From the IMG/VR virus record IMGVR_UViG_3300007513_000026, positions 8,531 through 72,530 of that record: a stretch of DNA of 64,000 nt. The stretch is one strand, 5' to 3'. Under the pieces are notes generated by a model that saw only the letters and a list, made by a program, of their open reading frames with translations, was not told the origin of the DNA and made no database searches. Positions 9,473-19,016 of this stretch are shown here, piece by piece. How positions within the stretch are numbered: the stretch's first letter is position 1; the number at the start of each line of letters is the position of its first letter. The DNA is from a virus. Both the position numbers and the translations under genes were made by a program.

Positions 9473-9849
9473 TACGTTGTCTCTGCAGTCTTCTCTTTCT
9501 TCTTCTGGTTCTTCTGAGAATTGCGAAAAGTAGTAGAAGTCTTCATCAGTTCGTCTTCACGAATGGGTCCGCGCTTTGGCTTCGTCATTTGAGGAGTTAA
9601 GCCCGGCGGCATCGGACCCGGAGGTCCGGCCTTTTGCTCCGGTCGCTCGGGTGCAAAGTATTGCTGTAGTGTCAGCATAGCTCCCTCATACTCTGCGAGA
9701 GTTTGCGAATGGACCATAATCTCTTCGACTAAGCTCGAATGATCGGGAACCATTGTAGGGTTATTAAGCAACACATCAATAAGCGCTAGAGACTCCATGG
9801 CCTTTCCGCGCAATTGTGTCATTGCGGCATTGTATAGTTTAATGTTCAT
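9472..9849 (-). CDS. Hypothetical protein
   Basis: 125-aa ORF in operon. Confidence 0.65.
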   Translation of the reverse strand: MNIKLYNAAMTQLRGKAMESLALIDVLLNNPTMVPDHSSLVEEIMVHSQTLAEYEGAMLTLQQYFAPERPEQKAGPPGPMPPGLTPQMTKPKRGPIREDELMKTSTTFRNSQKNQKKKEKTAETT

Positions 9850-10209
9850 TTATTTCTCCTTTTCGATAAATTCTTCGATGTCTTTTTGAACATACCACGA
9901 CTTTTTGTTGGGCTTTGTGGGCTCCTCCATAAGCCGGATTCTTGGGTGCGACCCTCCAGATTCAATTAATCCAATGGTGGGTACGCCTTTAAACTTCATA
10001 ACTTTTTGAACTGCCGGATAGTCTTCAATATTAAAAGCAAAGAAATATATATTTTCATATTTTCCCGCTATATCTTCATATATATCTTGAAGATTTTGAC
10101 AAAAATGGCAGCCATTCGAGTAGAACTTAACCACGCAAGTGGCTTCTTCCTTCACCGAGCCTCCTAAAATCTTTTGAAGGGCGCGCTTAGATAGTCTTTC
10201 TACGCTCAT
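9850..10209 (-). CDS. Thioredoxin-like protein
   Basis: VVKFYSNGCHFC CxxC and GVPT cis-Pro motif. Confidence 0.85.
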   Translation of the reverse strand: MSVERLSKRALQKILGGSVKEEATCVVKFYSNGCHFCQNLQDIYEDIAGKYENIYFFAFNIEDYPAVQKVMKFKGVPTIGLIESGGSHPRIRLMEEPTKPNKKSWYVQKDIEEFIEKEK

Positions 10210-10444
10210 CTATTATCTCCTTAGTTTTGTTTAAGCAATCTGGACAAAATAGCCTGACTGTCTCTTCTTTTACTACAACCTTCCATGAGAATACCATGTC
10301 TCGGTTCCTTTTGTCAAATGAATTTTTACACGCGCTGCATTCGGTGGGGAGCTTCCCAAACAACTGCGTCTGGTCGGCCATGAGTTGCTGGGGATCTCCC
10401 TTCTTGCGCTTGCGCTCCGCTGCTCGTCGTTGTTTTCGATTCAT
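10187..10444 (-). CDS. Small zinc-ribbon protein
   Basis: CSAC...CPDC; basic MNRKQRR N-terminus. Confidence 0.65.
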   Translation of the reverse strand: MNRKQRRAAERKRKKGDPQQLMADQTQLFGKLPTECSACKNSFDKRNRDMVFSWKVVVKEETVRLFCPDCLNKTKEIIDERRKTI

Positions 10445-10926
10445 TTGACGTGAATGATTCCTAGGTTTGGCATCTCATAAGTCTTAATAGTTTTCTTAAA
10501 GACAACCACCGCAGATGGGAAGGGTGCGCTGTTCTCGCCATTTCCAAACTTCAACCTACCTTTTACAAAGTGAATCGAGTCTGCCTTCATAACATAGTCA
10601 TGCCAATAGCGGGTGTCAGTACGGGCGGGAATGAGAGCGACGACTGTTGTGTCATCCTTCTGCCCCTCCTCATACGCTTTCTTAATCCAATGTTTGATTT
10701 GTCGGCCATACGGAGGATTCATAAAAACCTTGTGACCTCCCCAATCCTTATCCAAACCATTCTGATCTTCGGTAAAGTGATTCTTCACCTTGTAGTTAGA
10801 CGCATTAGAGCATGGGTCAAGCGTAAAGGTTCCAAACTTTTCCTCCAACAGGTCAAAGAAGTGTTGAGGGGTTGCCCATTCCAACGATTTAGAACTAAAC
10901 ATTGTTTCTTGTGTTGTCTTATTCAT
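10441..10926 (-). CDS. Phage N6-adenine DNA methyltransferase
   Basis: WATPQ, FTLDPC, FMNPPY, LIPARTDT, GRLKF, APFPS. Confidence 0.92.
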   Translation of the reverse strand: MNKTTQETMFSSKSLEWATPQHFFDLLEEKFGTFTLDPCSNASNYKVKNHFTEDQNGLDKDWGGHKVFMNPPYGRQIKHWIKKAYEEGQKDDTTVVALIPARTDTRYWHDYVMKADSIHFVKGRLKFGNGENSAPFPSAVVVFKKTIKTYEMPNLGIIHVK

Positions 10927-11489
10927 TTATTTTCCTTTAAAAGTTGTTCAAGATGTCTTTTCGGATCCTCATTATTTAATTTAATTCCCCAGTCTTTTAC
11001 ATCCGCCACGCTAATGCCGGGATCATTAATTCGAGATCCGAATAAATTTTGTTTGTGGAGTTTCTCTAATTCTTTCTTGCCCCACCCTAGTTCTTGAAGT
11101 TGTTCTTTGGCGCGGTTCCATAGATCCATGCCGGCGCGACCAGCATGTCCCTCGTTTTGCTTATCTATAACTTTTTTATAAAACGGTTCCAAATCTTGAT
11201 GGAAACACAAGTAATGATCTACAAAATTGTCAGAGTCGTCTACTACGCTAAAAACTGCAAAGTCAAAACCCTTCTTCCATGCTTCTATCTTCTTCAATCC
11301 CATCCTGCTGGATGTGGAAAAATGCCCTCTATTTTCGCTAGTACTTTTAAGTTCGCCCTTATACGTGGTATTTCCCACTAATAAAGAACCATCTGGAACA
11401 TACTTATTGGATCTACCGGGGCCAGGGATCATGCCCAAACATTTAAGTTGCTTATTCTCAATCTTATCGTCTTGTCGAGTTCTACTCAC
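10923..11489 (-). CDS. Putative PD-(D/E)xK restriction-like endonuclease
   Basis: VPDG...GELKS motif; ATGA-coupled to the methyltransferase. Confidence 0.6.
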   Translation of the reverse strand: MSRTRQDDKIENKQLKCLGMIPGPGRSNKYVPDGSLLVGNTTYKGELKSTSENRGHFSTSSRMGLKKIEAWKKGFDFAVFSVVDDSDNFVDHYLCFHQDLEPFYKKVIDKQNEGHAGRAGMDLWNRAKEQLQELGWGKKELEKLHKQNLFGSRINDPGISVADVKDWGIKLNNEDPKRHLEQLLKENK

Positions 11490-11952
11490 CGGTACTCCCC
11501 AGCGCTCCAGCGCCTCTTCCGCTCATGGTGATAGGGTACTTATAAAGCTCCCCATCGCCCCGTTCAACGGCTCGAAAATGTACCACAGGGATAAGAACCA
11601 CCTGTGCAATTTTAGTACCAGCCTCGATGGTCTGAGGGATATTACCTACATTGTGGAGGTTGATAAACACCTCTCCGTCATAGCCGGAATCAATCACGCA
11701 CGCTCCCACAACTAGGCTGCGCTTGGCGGCCACACTGGAGCGATTCTTTACCTCCAGCATGTACCCGTGAGGTACCCCGAACTTCAATCCGGTTGGTAGT
11801 ACCTTGCTTTCTCCAGGGGAGAGCGAGACTGCTTTGTGAAGGTCGCTAGGGGGTGGCGAATAATATACGTCCAAACCTGCATCCGATGGGTTGGCCCGTG
11901 TTGGCGGGCTCGCGATGGGGTGGACTAAAGAATATTCAAGTATCACTTCCAC
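11482..11952 (-). CDS. dut: dUTPase (trimeric)
   Basis: DAGLDV, NRSS, VIDSGYDGE, KIAQ, RGAGALGSTG. Confidence 0.95.
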   Translation of the reverse strand: MEVILEYSLVHPIASPPTRANPSDAGLDVYYSPPPSDLHKAVSLSPGESKVLPTGLKFGVPHGYMLEVKNRSSVAAKRSLVVGACVIDSGYDGEVFINLHNVGNIPQTIEAGTKIAQVVLIPVVHFRAVERGDGELYKYPITMSGRGAGALGSTGE

Positions 11953-12199
11953 CCTCCTCTTCGCCTGTCAACAGCCGAAAGTTCTCAGTAATCTCGTCGA
12001 TGTTATACTTGCCCTTGTACAGGCGATATGCTTTAACGGCTGCTCGAATCTCGTCCGTGTTCAGCCATCCGTTCTCTCGAAACTCCTTGCGCAAGTCTCG
12101 CTTTTGTTCCTTGTATGGTTCCATTGCTTCTTCAATGGCGTTTAGTGAACGAACATATTCTTTCACATAACGTTTCTTCTCTTCGTATGTATTGGCCAT
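11936..12199 (-). CDS. Small dsDNA-binding protein, GapR/DUF2312/T4 DsbA-like
   Basis: Helical IEE..E...E.K.DL.KEF...G.....IR pattern; strong AGGAGG SD. Confidence 0.5.
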   Translation of the reverse strand: MANTYEEKKRYVKEYVRSLNAIEEAMEPYKEQKRDLRKEFRENGWLNTDEIRAAVKAYRLYKGKYNIDEITENFRLLTGEEEGGSDT

Positions 12200-12218
12200 T
12201 AGCCCTCCTTACATTATT

Positions 12219-12247
12219 AATATAACAAATTCTGTGCAGGGTGTCAA
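12219..12247 (-). promoter_or_regulatory. Sigma70-type promoter
   Basis: TTGACA-17-TATATT. Confidence 0.75.
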
Positions 12248-12253
12248 CCCTTT

Positions 12254-12955
12254 TTATTCATAACCTGGAAATACTTGTTGCATAAACCTATGGATGAGGC
12301 TGTCGCGTGCTTCATCAGTTTCGCACTCGGCAAACAAATAGTTATAGGAATTGGTCTTTCCATCAATCGAATGATTAACCATGTCTATTTCCTTGCGCAT
12401 CCATCGTGTTTGTTGCTTGTAGTTTTTAGGTAGTGGGATCTTATATTTGTCCGCACAATCTAACAACACAAAGTATCTCTTTTCTTCTAAAGCTTCTTTA
12501 ACTTTAGTAAACATATTTAGCATCTCTTTTTTCTCGTCATCGCTCAAGTCCCTGCTGTTAACTTTGTCGGGATGCAAGAGAAATGCAATCTTCCTAAAAA
12601 GCTTTGAAAAAATTTCATGCATTTCTCTTTCGTCCTGTGTGAGTTCGAGCGCTTCTCCACCTGTCGCAGCGGGAGGCGTCTCTTCATCGAAGGGTACCAT
12701 GGCGGCCGAACCACTGTAAGGCATTGGAGTTTCATCTGATTCGCCTTCGGGTTTGTATAAACTGTCCAGGCGTTGGCAGTGCTTTCGGTTAAGTTCATCA
12801 ACGTCGATGTTGTTCTTTCTACAATATTCATCATAGTATTCTTGAAATTCTTTGGCTGCAGAATTGGATGTGTCCTCTACAAGGTCGAGTTCTTCATACA
12901 AATATCTTAATTGATTAACTAATTTTCTCCATTTAAGTTTTTGCGAGACTGACAC
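12254..12955 (-). CDS. J-domain-like co-chaperone protein
   Basis: KLFRKIAFLLHPDK (helix II + HPD), followed by MFTKVKEA helix. Confidence 0.7.
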   Translation of the reverse strand: MSVSQKLKWRKLVNQLRYLYEELDLVEDTSNSAAKEFQEYYDEYCRKNNIDVDELNRKHCQRLDSLYKPEGESDETPMPYSGSAAMVPFDEETPPAATGGEALELTQDEREMHEIFSKLFRKIAFLLHPDKVNSRDLSDDEKKEMLNMFTKVKEALEEKRYFVLLDCADKYKIPLPKNYKQQTRWMRKEIDMVNHSIDGKTNSYNYLFAECETDEARDSLIHRFMQQVFPGYE

Positions 12956-12980
12956 ATGAGAACCCTCTGGTCATAATTAT

Positions 12981-13586
12981 CTATTCAAACTTAAATTCTA
13001 TCTTTGCGCGGATTGATAATGTGGGAATGTGTGCATGGTTTACCAGATTATGCTTGCGTGCTTCATCTACTTCTAAAAACCAATCGGCGTGGCCTTTCTG
13101 GTGAATGATGTCTAAGAAATAGTCTTTGTGGTGGCCACAGTTTTCTGCCATCATTGTGTACAGCTTTTGATTTAAACGTTCCGTCTCTGCTGCATCAGCT
13201 TTGATCTCTTCCACCTTGCCAAACCCCATCGAACTTACATCGTGTATCATAAAAGTAGCGTCGGGATCCATATAGCGGTGACCCTCAGTTCCAAAGCTAG
13301 CCAGGACAGCACCACAGGACATGGCTTTACCTTGTATAATCGTGGCCACAGGAAGATTGGAATGTTTAATGTCTGAAATCATAGACATCAAACTATACAC
13401 TTGTCCGCCATAACTGTCTATAATGACTGGGACTATTGGCTGACCAGTGTTTTGTGCCTTGTTCATCTTAGTACAAAATTCATTAGCAGCACTCTCGTCA
13501 AATTTCTTGACTCTAATGATGACCGGCAGGTCATCAACTAGCTCTTTCTCTTTAAAGAGAGGGCTAAAGTATTTCATAACTTTCAT
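12981..13586 (-). CDS. clpP: ClpP-like protease subunit 2
   Basis: DSYGGQV, GKAMSCG (Ser), MIHDV (His), ADWFL (Asp). Confidence 0.88.
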   Translation of the reverse strand: MKVMKYFSPLFKEKELVDDLPVIIRVKKFDESAANEFCTKMNKAQNTGQPIVPVIIDSYGGQVYSLMSMISDIKHSNLPVATIIQGKAMSCGAVLASFGTEGHRYMDPDATFMIHDVSSMGFGKVEEIKADAAETERLNQKLYTMMAENCGHHKDYFLDIIHQKGHADWFLEVDEARKHNLVNHAHIPTLSIRAKIEFKFE

Positions 13587-13590
13587 ATCT

Positions 13591-16500
13591 TTATCCTAGT
13601 AATCTAAACGTTTTACCTACCGCATATGTGGAGAATCCCCACTGCTCGTCATACTTTAATCGAGCCATATAAGGTCGGTTTAAGTAAATACGATCCTTCT
13701 CGGGTTTAATGCCCCAACACCTAATCTTTGTTAGCTGATTGTTGCTGTCAATCGTTTCTACAATCCAATACAATTTGCCGTTCTTCGTCTTCTTTTCCAC
13801 GATCTTGCGCGGGATAAACCAGCACAAAAAAAGATCGGGATCGAATTCTGAGATTGGAGGCACACCCTTTTCGAGTAGCTCCTCAATGGTGTCGGGAGTG
13901 ATGACCAAGTTGATGGGAAAGACTCCCGTAAGGTCAGTTTTAAACTGGATAACTTCTTCTTCTGAGAAGTCTCCTTCTGGTCTGAACGTTTCGATGTTCT
14001 CTGTCAATCTCTTAAGAGACTTCGGTCGATCAACAATGCATGCTGACCAGAAGTGTTTACGTCCAGAGAATCTATCATCCACTATATTATCCAGGGCGCC
14101 TCCGCGACACAATGCATCCAGCGACTTCTTGTTAAGTTTGCTGTAGACAATGTCTTCTCGGAAGAGGAGATCTTCTGCGTTGGTGAACGGTCGGTTGCCT
14201 AAGATTTGTTCAATGGCTGACATTCCCAAACCTTTGATAGATGTGAGCGGTTGCACCATCGTCTTGGCATCTTCGCTAATCTCCCACACTACTCCTGACT
14301 TATTGATGTCCAGTGGTGCGATGTTGAATCCGTACCGCTTTGCGATGTTAATAGCCTTCTCCTTTCGAGTCTCTGGCTCCTTGTCCAAGAACGCTGCCAT
14401 CCACTCGGCCGGATAGTAAGTCCACAGCCATGCGCACTGATAAGAAATCGTGCTGTATGAAACTGCATGCGACTTGTTAAAACCATAGCCTGAGAAGTAT
14501 TCGAACTTATCCCACAAAGCTGCTGCTTCATCTTTGCCGATGCCATTCTCAGCACAACCATCGATGAACTTAACGCGAAGCTTTGTTTTGATGCCGCCCT
14601 TTCCGGTACCCTTCTTAGTGAGAACCTTGCGCAGCATGTTACCCTCATCGAGCGTCAGCCCTCCCAGCTTATGCGCCAGTAGTGCAATTTGCTCCTGGAA
14701 GATTAGAAAGCCAAAGGTTTCCTCGGTGATCTCTCGTGCCTCCTCCGACAAATACTTGACGTATTGCGGGTGTTCCTTGGCCTCCATATACTCATCGTGT
14801 ACCCCAGCCGACAAAGGACCAGGACGATAGATGGAAGCAATGATTGAAATGTCGAGAATACTTCTTGGCTTGACTCTCGCACAAAAGTTCTGCGCTCCAG
14901 TCTCGGTGAACTGAAAGATGCCAGCCCACTTCGCTGAGTGGAACACATTCTCGTATACCTTTTGATCCTGGGTGTCTACCACATCCGGGTGGAGGTTCTC
15001 ATCGTAATACTTCTTCACGTCATCAAACGTAGGATTCTCCATGCCATGATGACGGCGCAGGATGTGTTCGATACAACCCTCCATCATCTTCAGGGTCGAG
15101 AGCCCCAACAGATCGAACTTAATGAAACCCATGGGCTCCAGGTGTCGAACGTTCTGACCCTCGGACCATGGCGTCTGTCGCACACCTCCTGAGTTAATCA
15201 AAGGCATGCTTCTATCTAAGTTCTCGGCAATCACTACACCGCCAGCATGGCGAGAGCATGAACGTACCTGTCCAACGAGCCCCTCAACGTGAGCCTTGAC
15301 GGCTGGATGCTTGGCAAGATATACCTGGAGGGAAGGTGAGAATTCCATCACCTCTTCCCACGTCGGTGCGTAGACGCCAGCCTTGATGCCGTGCTTCTTC
15401 TTGGCCGCTGGTGTTGCCTCGCGCATCATGACACTCGTGACAGTGTTCGCTTCGGTGAAGGGAATACCATACAGTTTTGAAATGTCTTTGATGAGCGAGC
15501 GAAGCTGGAGTGTATTCCAGTTTGAGATTGGTGCGACAGTGTCTTCACCCCACATCTCCACCAGCTTCTCCTTCAGAAGCATGCTATCGGACACATCGTA
15601 ATCGATATCGGGATAGTCTGTTGCGTCTGACCGCAAGAAGCGAGAGAACAGCAGTCCGTTTTTGATAGGATCAATCTGGGTAATTCCCAGAGCGTAGGCT
15701 ACGAGTGAGCCTGCAGCAGAACCACGTCCAGGTCCAGCCAGCATCATACTGTTGGCCACATCCGCGATTGCCTTCATCGTCAGGAAGTACTTGGAGAATC
15801 CTCGATCATCAATAATGTCTAGCTCGTGCTCAAGACGCGAATGATACTCGGTATCCTCGTGCAAGCCCTTCTCTCGCAAGCCTTCGAGACACATGTTAAT
15901 CAGAGCTTCAGTATCCGTGAACCCGGCAGGTACAACGAACGACGGGAGTCGAACCGTGTTGTCGGGAAAGAATGACTCAATCCTTTCGTGCGCAATCGTG
16001 TAGGTTTCTTCGATAGAACCCAACACAAGATCATCATCGTAATCATAGTCTTTTGAATACTCCTTGTAAGACTCCCACATCTGGTTACCATTCTTGGGAT
16101 ACAGTTCGTACCCAATCTCGTCTACACCATCGGGAAGTTCGTTTCCGTCTGCCCAATCTGGTGTGCCTTTGCCAAGCCAACCCAAACGCTTGTAAAGCTC
16201 TCTGTCCTTCCAAGCGTCTGGGCTGGGGTAATGGCTGTCGGCTGTAGAAATCAGTCCAACGCCAAACTCTTTGGCCACTGTAATGATGTGTTGGTTCAGG
16301 GCATGTTGCTCTGGAATGTTATTCCATTGAAGCTCTGCGTACCAACGGTCACCGAAGATGTCTACCATTCGGCGTGTGGTCTCGCGCATTGCCTCAAGCA
16401 CAGCTTCGTCACCCTCCTCTCGATTCTCCCAATAATTTCCAGCATATACGCCACCCAAGCATGCGGAGGTAGCAATGATACCTTCGCCATACTTCTCAAG

Positions 16501-17010
16501 CAGAGCGTAATCTACTCGCGGATATCGGTAATAATTCTCTGGCTGGTAAGACTCAGAGATCAACTTGAATAAGTTTCTCAGACCTTCTTGGCTTTGCGCA
16601 AGCAGCACGAGATGACGACGGCGCCGAAGGAGCCCTTGCACCTTCTTGCTGTCGTTCTCATCCTCAACGGTTGCGCCTGACTGTCCCTCCTTCTTAATAG
16701 AGCGCGCCTTCTTCTTGTCTTCCATCGCCTTCGTATACTCTTCGCGCCAGTCTGACAGGGATGGCAGAAAATAAGCTTCGCATCCAAAGATGGGCTTAAA
16801 GCTCTTGCCTTGCGATTGCATCTTTCTGGCATGTAGCACTTGGTATGCCAACCCGTTCATGTTTCCGTGGTCGGTTAATGCTAGCGCATCGCTGCCGTTT
16901 TCATACGCAAAATCCATATGCGCTTGTGGATACCCAATGGCATCAAAGATAGAGCCTGCTACGCTATGCGCATGCAGGCCCACGAATTTAATATTAGACA
17001 TGTCTTTCAA
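13591..17010 (-). CDS. dnaE: DNA polymerase III alpha subunit (family C)
   Basis: PHP motifs LHAHS, LTDHG, GCEAY, ADSHY; GRGSAAGSLVAY, PDIDYD, KFDLLGL, YGFNKSHA. Confidence 0.97.
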   Translation of the reverse strand: MKDMSNIKFVGLHAHSVAGSIFDAIGYPQAHMDFAYENGSDALALTDHGNMNGLAYQVLHARKMQSQGKSFKPIFGCEAYFLPSLSDWREEYTKAMEDKKKARSIKKEGQSGATVEDENDSKKVQGLLRRRRHLVLLAQSQEGLRNLFKLISESYQPENYYRYPRVDYALLEKYGEGIIATSACLGGVYAGNYWENREEGDEAVLEAMRETTRRMVDIFGDRWYAELQWNNIPEQHALNQHIITVAKEFGVGLISTADSHYPSPDAWKDRELYKRLGWLGKGTPDWADGNELPDGVDEIGYELYPKNGNQMWESYKEYSKDYDYDDDLVLGSIEETYTIAHERIESFFPDNTVRLPSFVVPAGFTDTEALINMCLEGLREKGLHEDTEYHSRLEHELDIIDDRGFSKYFLTMKAIADVANSMMLAGPGRGSAAGSLVAYALGITQIDPIKNGLLFSRFLRSDATDYPDIDYDVSDSMLLKEKLVEMWGEDTVAPISNWNTLQLRSLIKDISKLYGIPFTEANTVTSVMMREATPAAKKKHGIKAGVYAPTWEEVMEFSPSLQVYLAKHPAVKAHVEGLVGQVRSCSRHAGGVVIAENLDRSMPLINSGGVRQTPWSEGQNVRHLEPMGFIKFDLLGLSTLKMMEGCIEHILRRHHGMENPTFDDVKKYYDENLHPDVVDTQDQKVYENVFHSAKWAGIFQFTETGAQNFCARVKPRSILDISIIASIYRPGPLSAGVHDEYMEAKEHPQYVKYLSEEAREITEETFGFLIFQEQIALLAHKLGGLTLDEGNMLRKVLTKKGTGKGGIKTKLRVKFIDGCAENGIGKDEAAALWDKFEYFSGYGFNKSHAVSYSTISYQCAWLWTYYPAEWMAAFLDKEPETRKEKAINIAKRYGFNIAPLDINKSGVVWEISEDAKTMVQPLTSIKGLGMSAIEQILGNRPFTNAEDLLFREDIVYSKLNKKSLDALCRGGALDNIVDDRFSGRKHFWSACIVDRPKSLKRLTENIETFRPEGDFSEEEVIQFKTDLTGVFPINLVITPDTIEELLEKGVPPISEFDPDLFLCWFIPRKIVEKKTKNGKLYWIVETIDSNNQLTKIRCWGIKPEKDRIYLNRPYMARLKYDEQWGFSTYAVGKTFRLLG

Positions 17011-17030
17011 AGCTCACTCCCTTTTTTAGT

Positions 17031-17936
17031 CTATAGTAATAATTTAGCATGAATATGGGGCTGTGTCAAGCCCTCATATGGTTTTTCGATAATGTTTTGG
17101 GATCCCAAAAAAGCTTTGTATTCTTCCCAGCTTGAAAGATCGTAGAACCAATCCACTTCTTTCTGTGCTGCGTCAGCCTCCTCTACTTCTTCAAGAATCG
17201 TTTGGAACTCGAACGTCCGCGCTGACCACCTTTCTTCCAGTGGTAATTTTTGGGACGGGTATTTGCTTCCCTCTAATGGTGGTAAAAATTCCCGCGTTGT
17301 TAGTTTGTTTACCTTTCTTCTGCATTTTATAAAGTCATCTCCTTTCATAGTAAAAGACAACGGCAAGTTATCTTTCACGGTTTGCCCCTTGTGTGTCAGG
17401 AAGAAGTTATGTTTCCTGTGTGAAATCTGCCGCCTGTGTTCTCGGATGGAATAAATGTCATATGCACTCATAGGAAAAGAAACAAAGTACTTTTCGGGCG
17501 TAAGCCATTTTGAAATCCTAGTGGCCACCCACCAAGCAGAATTTACTCCATGCAAAATCGACCAGCCATACGAATCGCGACGATCACGATCCTGTTCACT
17601 AATGGGAACGTAATAAATAGGTATCTCTTTCCGTACATTCTTATAAAATTTAGTCATTGTGCGTTTATAATAGACGGGGTCATAAGTCCACTCTCCCACA
17701 GTCTTACGCACTATGGGTGCAAGATCTGGATTGGCTACAATCCAAATGGTTTGACAGCCCGCCATCGCACACTCAAACACAGACTTTTGAATAGCTGTAA
17801 AGCCTGCGTTCACCGGGAGCATACACGAGGGCATATCCAAAGCATGATCTGTTTCCAGATTAGCTAAGGGGATGATGCCGGCAACGTGTACATTCGCGCT
17901 CACAGTTCTCTTAGAAATCCATTGGCGTCCATACAA
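17031..17936 (-). CDS. Degenerate nucleotidyltransferase (NTP_transferase-like fold)
   Basis: AGIIP...PSCMLPV...AIQKSVFECAMAGCQTIWIV matches the RmlA/GalU N-terminal layout but lacks GGxGTR. Confidence 0.5.
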   Translation of the reverse strand: MYGRQWISKRTVSANVHVAGIIPLANLETDHALDMPSCMLPVNAGFTAIQKSVFECAMAGCQTIWIVANPDLAPIVRKTVGEWTYDPVYYKRTMTKFYKNVRKEIPIYYVPISEQDRDRRDSYGWSILHGVNSAWWVATRISKWLTPEKYFVSFPMSAYDIYSIREHRRQISHRKHNFFLTHKGQTVKDNLPLSFTMKGDDFIKCRRKVNKLTTREFLPPLEGSKYPSQKLPLEERWSARTFEFQTILEEVEEADAAQKEVDWFYDLSSWEEYKAFLGSQNIIEKPYEGLTQPHIHAKLLL

Positions 17937-18757
17937 GCCGATGATAAATCTTTGAATAGATCTTGTTCTTTAAGTTGCGGTATTTTGACATTGTTTTGCT
18001 CTCCTTTAAGCGGCGTTGTCTTTCTTTCACTTCTTCTTCTGAAATGTGTTGTTCTAAATCGATAATGTTTTGGGTTTCCATTGGGTCCGTAGCCATTAAA
18101 TACTCCTTTCATCCCTCGTTTTTCCATTTCGTGGATCATTTTGAATCGAGCCATTGTCTCTGAAAAATCAAAGTCGAATAGCTCTTCTTCTGTTAAGTAT
18201 GATACCACACAAGCGTCCTTAACAGGACTATTCCCATCAATTCTGTCAGAAGGATAGAACCATATGTGTTTGACGAAAGTATCATCAGTTTCAATGAAGT
18301 CAATTTCATGTTTACCTCCTCGATTGAATGATATCCAATCATAACATATATACTTGCCATTGTCAACTCTTGATTGATCTAAAAGTTTATAACAATTTCG
18401 ATCACCAAAGTAATAAGCTTGTTGAAACTTTATTTCTGCTATCTTTGCGTATTCATCTGAACAAACTAAAGCTTCGCCGTTGTATCTCATCGACTCGCAC
18501 AGATTAGCTAATGGCGCATTCCCTCGAATGGCCAACATAAACATTAGTCTCTCCCACAAGACCTCCTTGGGGAGTCCGACGACTCTATCCTCTCCAAATG
18601 TTTTGAGTGAACGAGATTCATTTTCTAAGCACAGAGAGCTTAAGTCCACCTCGGGATCCAAATAATCAAACCGAAACGGACGCTCGGCCGCAGAGAAGAA
18701 CACAGGAAAATCGTTTATCACTGCGTACATCAACGCCGACAGCGAACTACCGATCAC
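17900..18757 (-). CDS. Hypothetical protein with degenerate Rossmann/FAD-binding N-terminus
   Basis: Frame extends upstream to YDKIVIGSSLSALMYA. Confidence 0.5.
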   Translation of the reverse strand: MIGSSLSALMYAVINDFPVFFSAAERPFRFDYLDPEVDLSSLCLENESRSLKTFGEDRVVGLPKEVLWERLMFMLAIRGNAPLANLCESMRYNGEALVCSDEYAKIAEIKFQQAYYFGDRNCYKLLDQSRVDNGKYICYDWISFNRGGKHEIDFIETDDTFVKHIWFYPSDRIDGNSPVKDACVVSYLTEEELFDFDFSETMARFKMIHEMEKRGMKGVFNGYGPNGNPKHYRFRTTHFRRRSERKTTPLKGEQNNVKIPQLKEQDLFKDLSSACMDANGFLREL

Positions 18758-18770
18758 TATCTTATCGTAT

Positions 18771-19016
18771 TTAAGTGTGACTTATCACCTCTACCGCTGT
18801 TGTTCCTGGGCTCGGGTTAACAACGATTTTCTCGCCGTGTCGCAAACATATCCACATGCCCTCCCAACGCTCAATGACCAAGACAGGATTAGACCAACCC
18901 TCATCATCGAGCCTCGGGGACTCAATGTCCCAATTAATTGCTACACCGGAATCGTCATATTTGTGATTAGTGTGAACCCAATCATCTCGGTATCTTATTA
19001 AATCGCCAACTTTCAT
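18771..19016 (-). CDS. Hypothetical protein
   Basis: MKVGDLIRY start typical of small phage SH3/KOW-like proteins; ATGA coupling. Confidence 0.6.
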   Translation of the reverse strand: MKVGDLIRYRDDWVHTNHKYDDSGVAINWDIESPRLDDEGWSNPVLVIERWEGMWICLRHGEKIVVNPSPGTTAVEVISHT

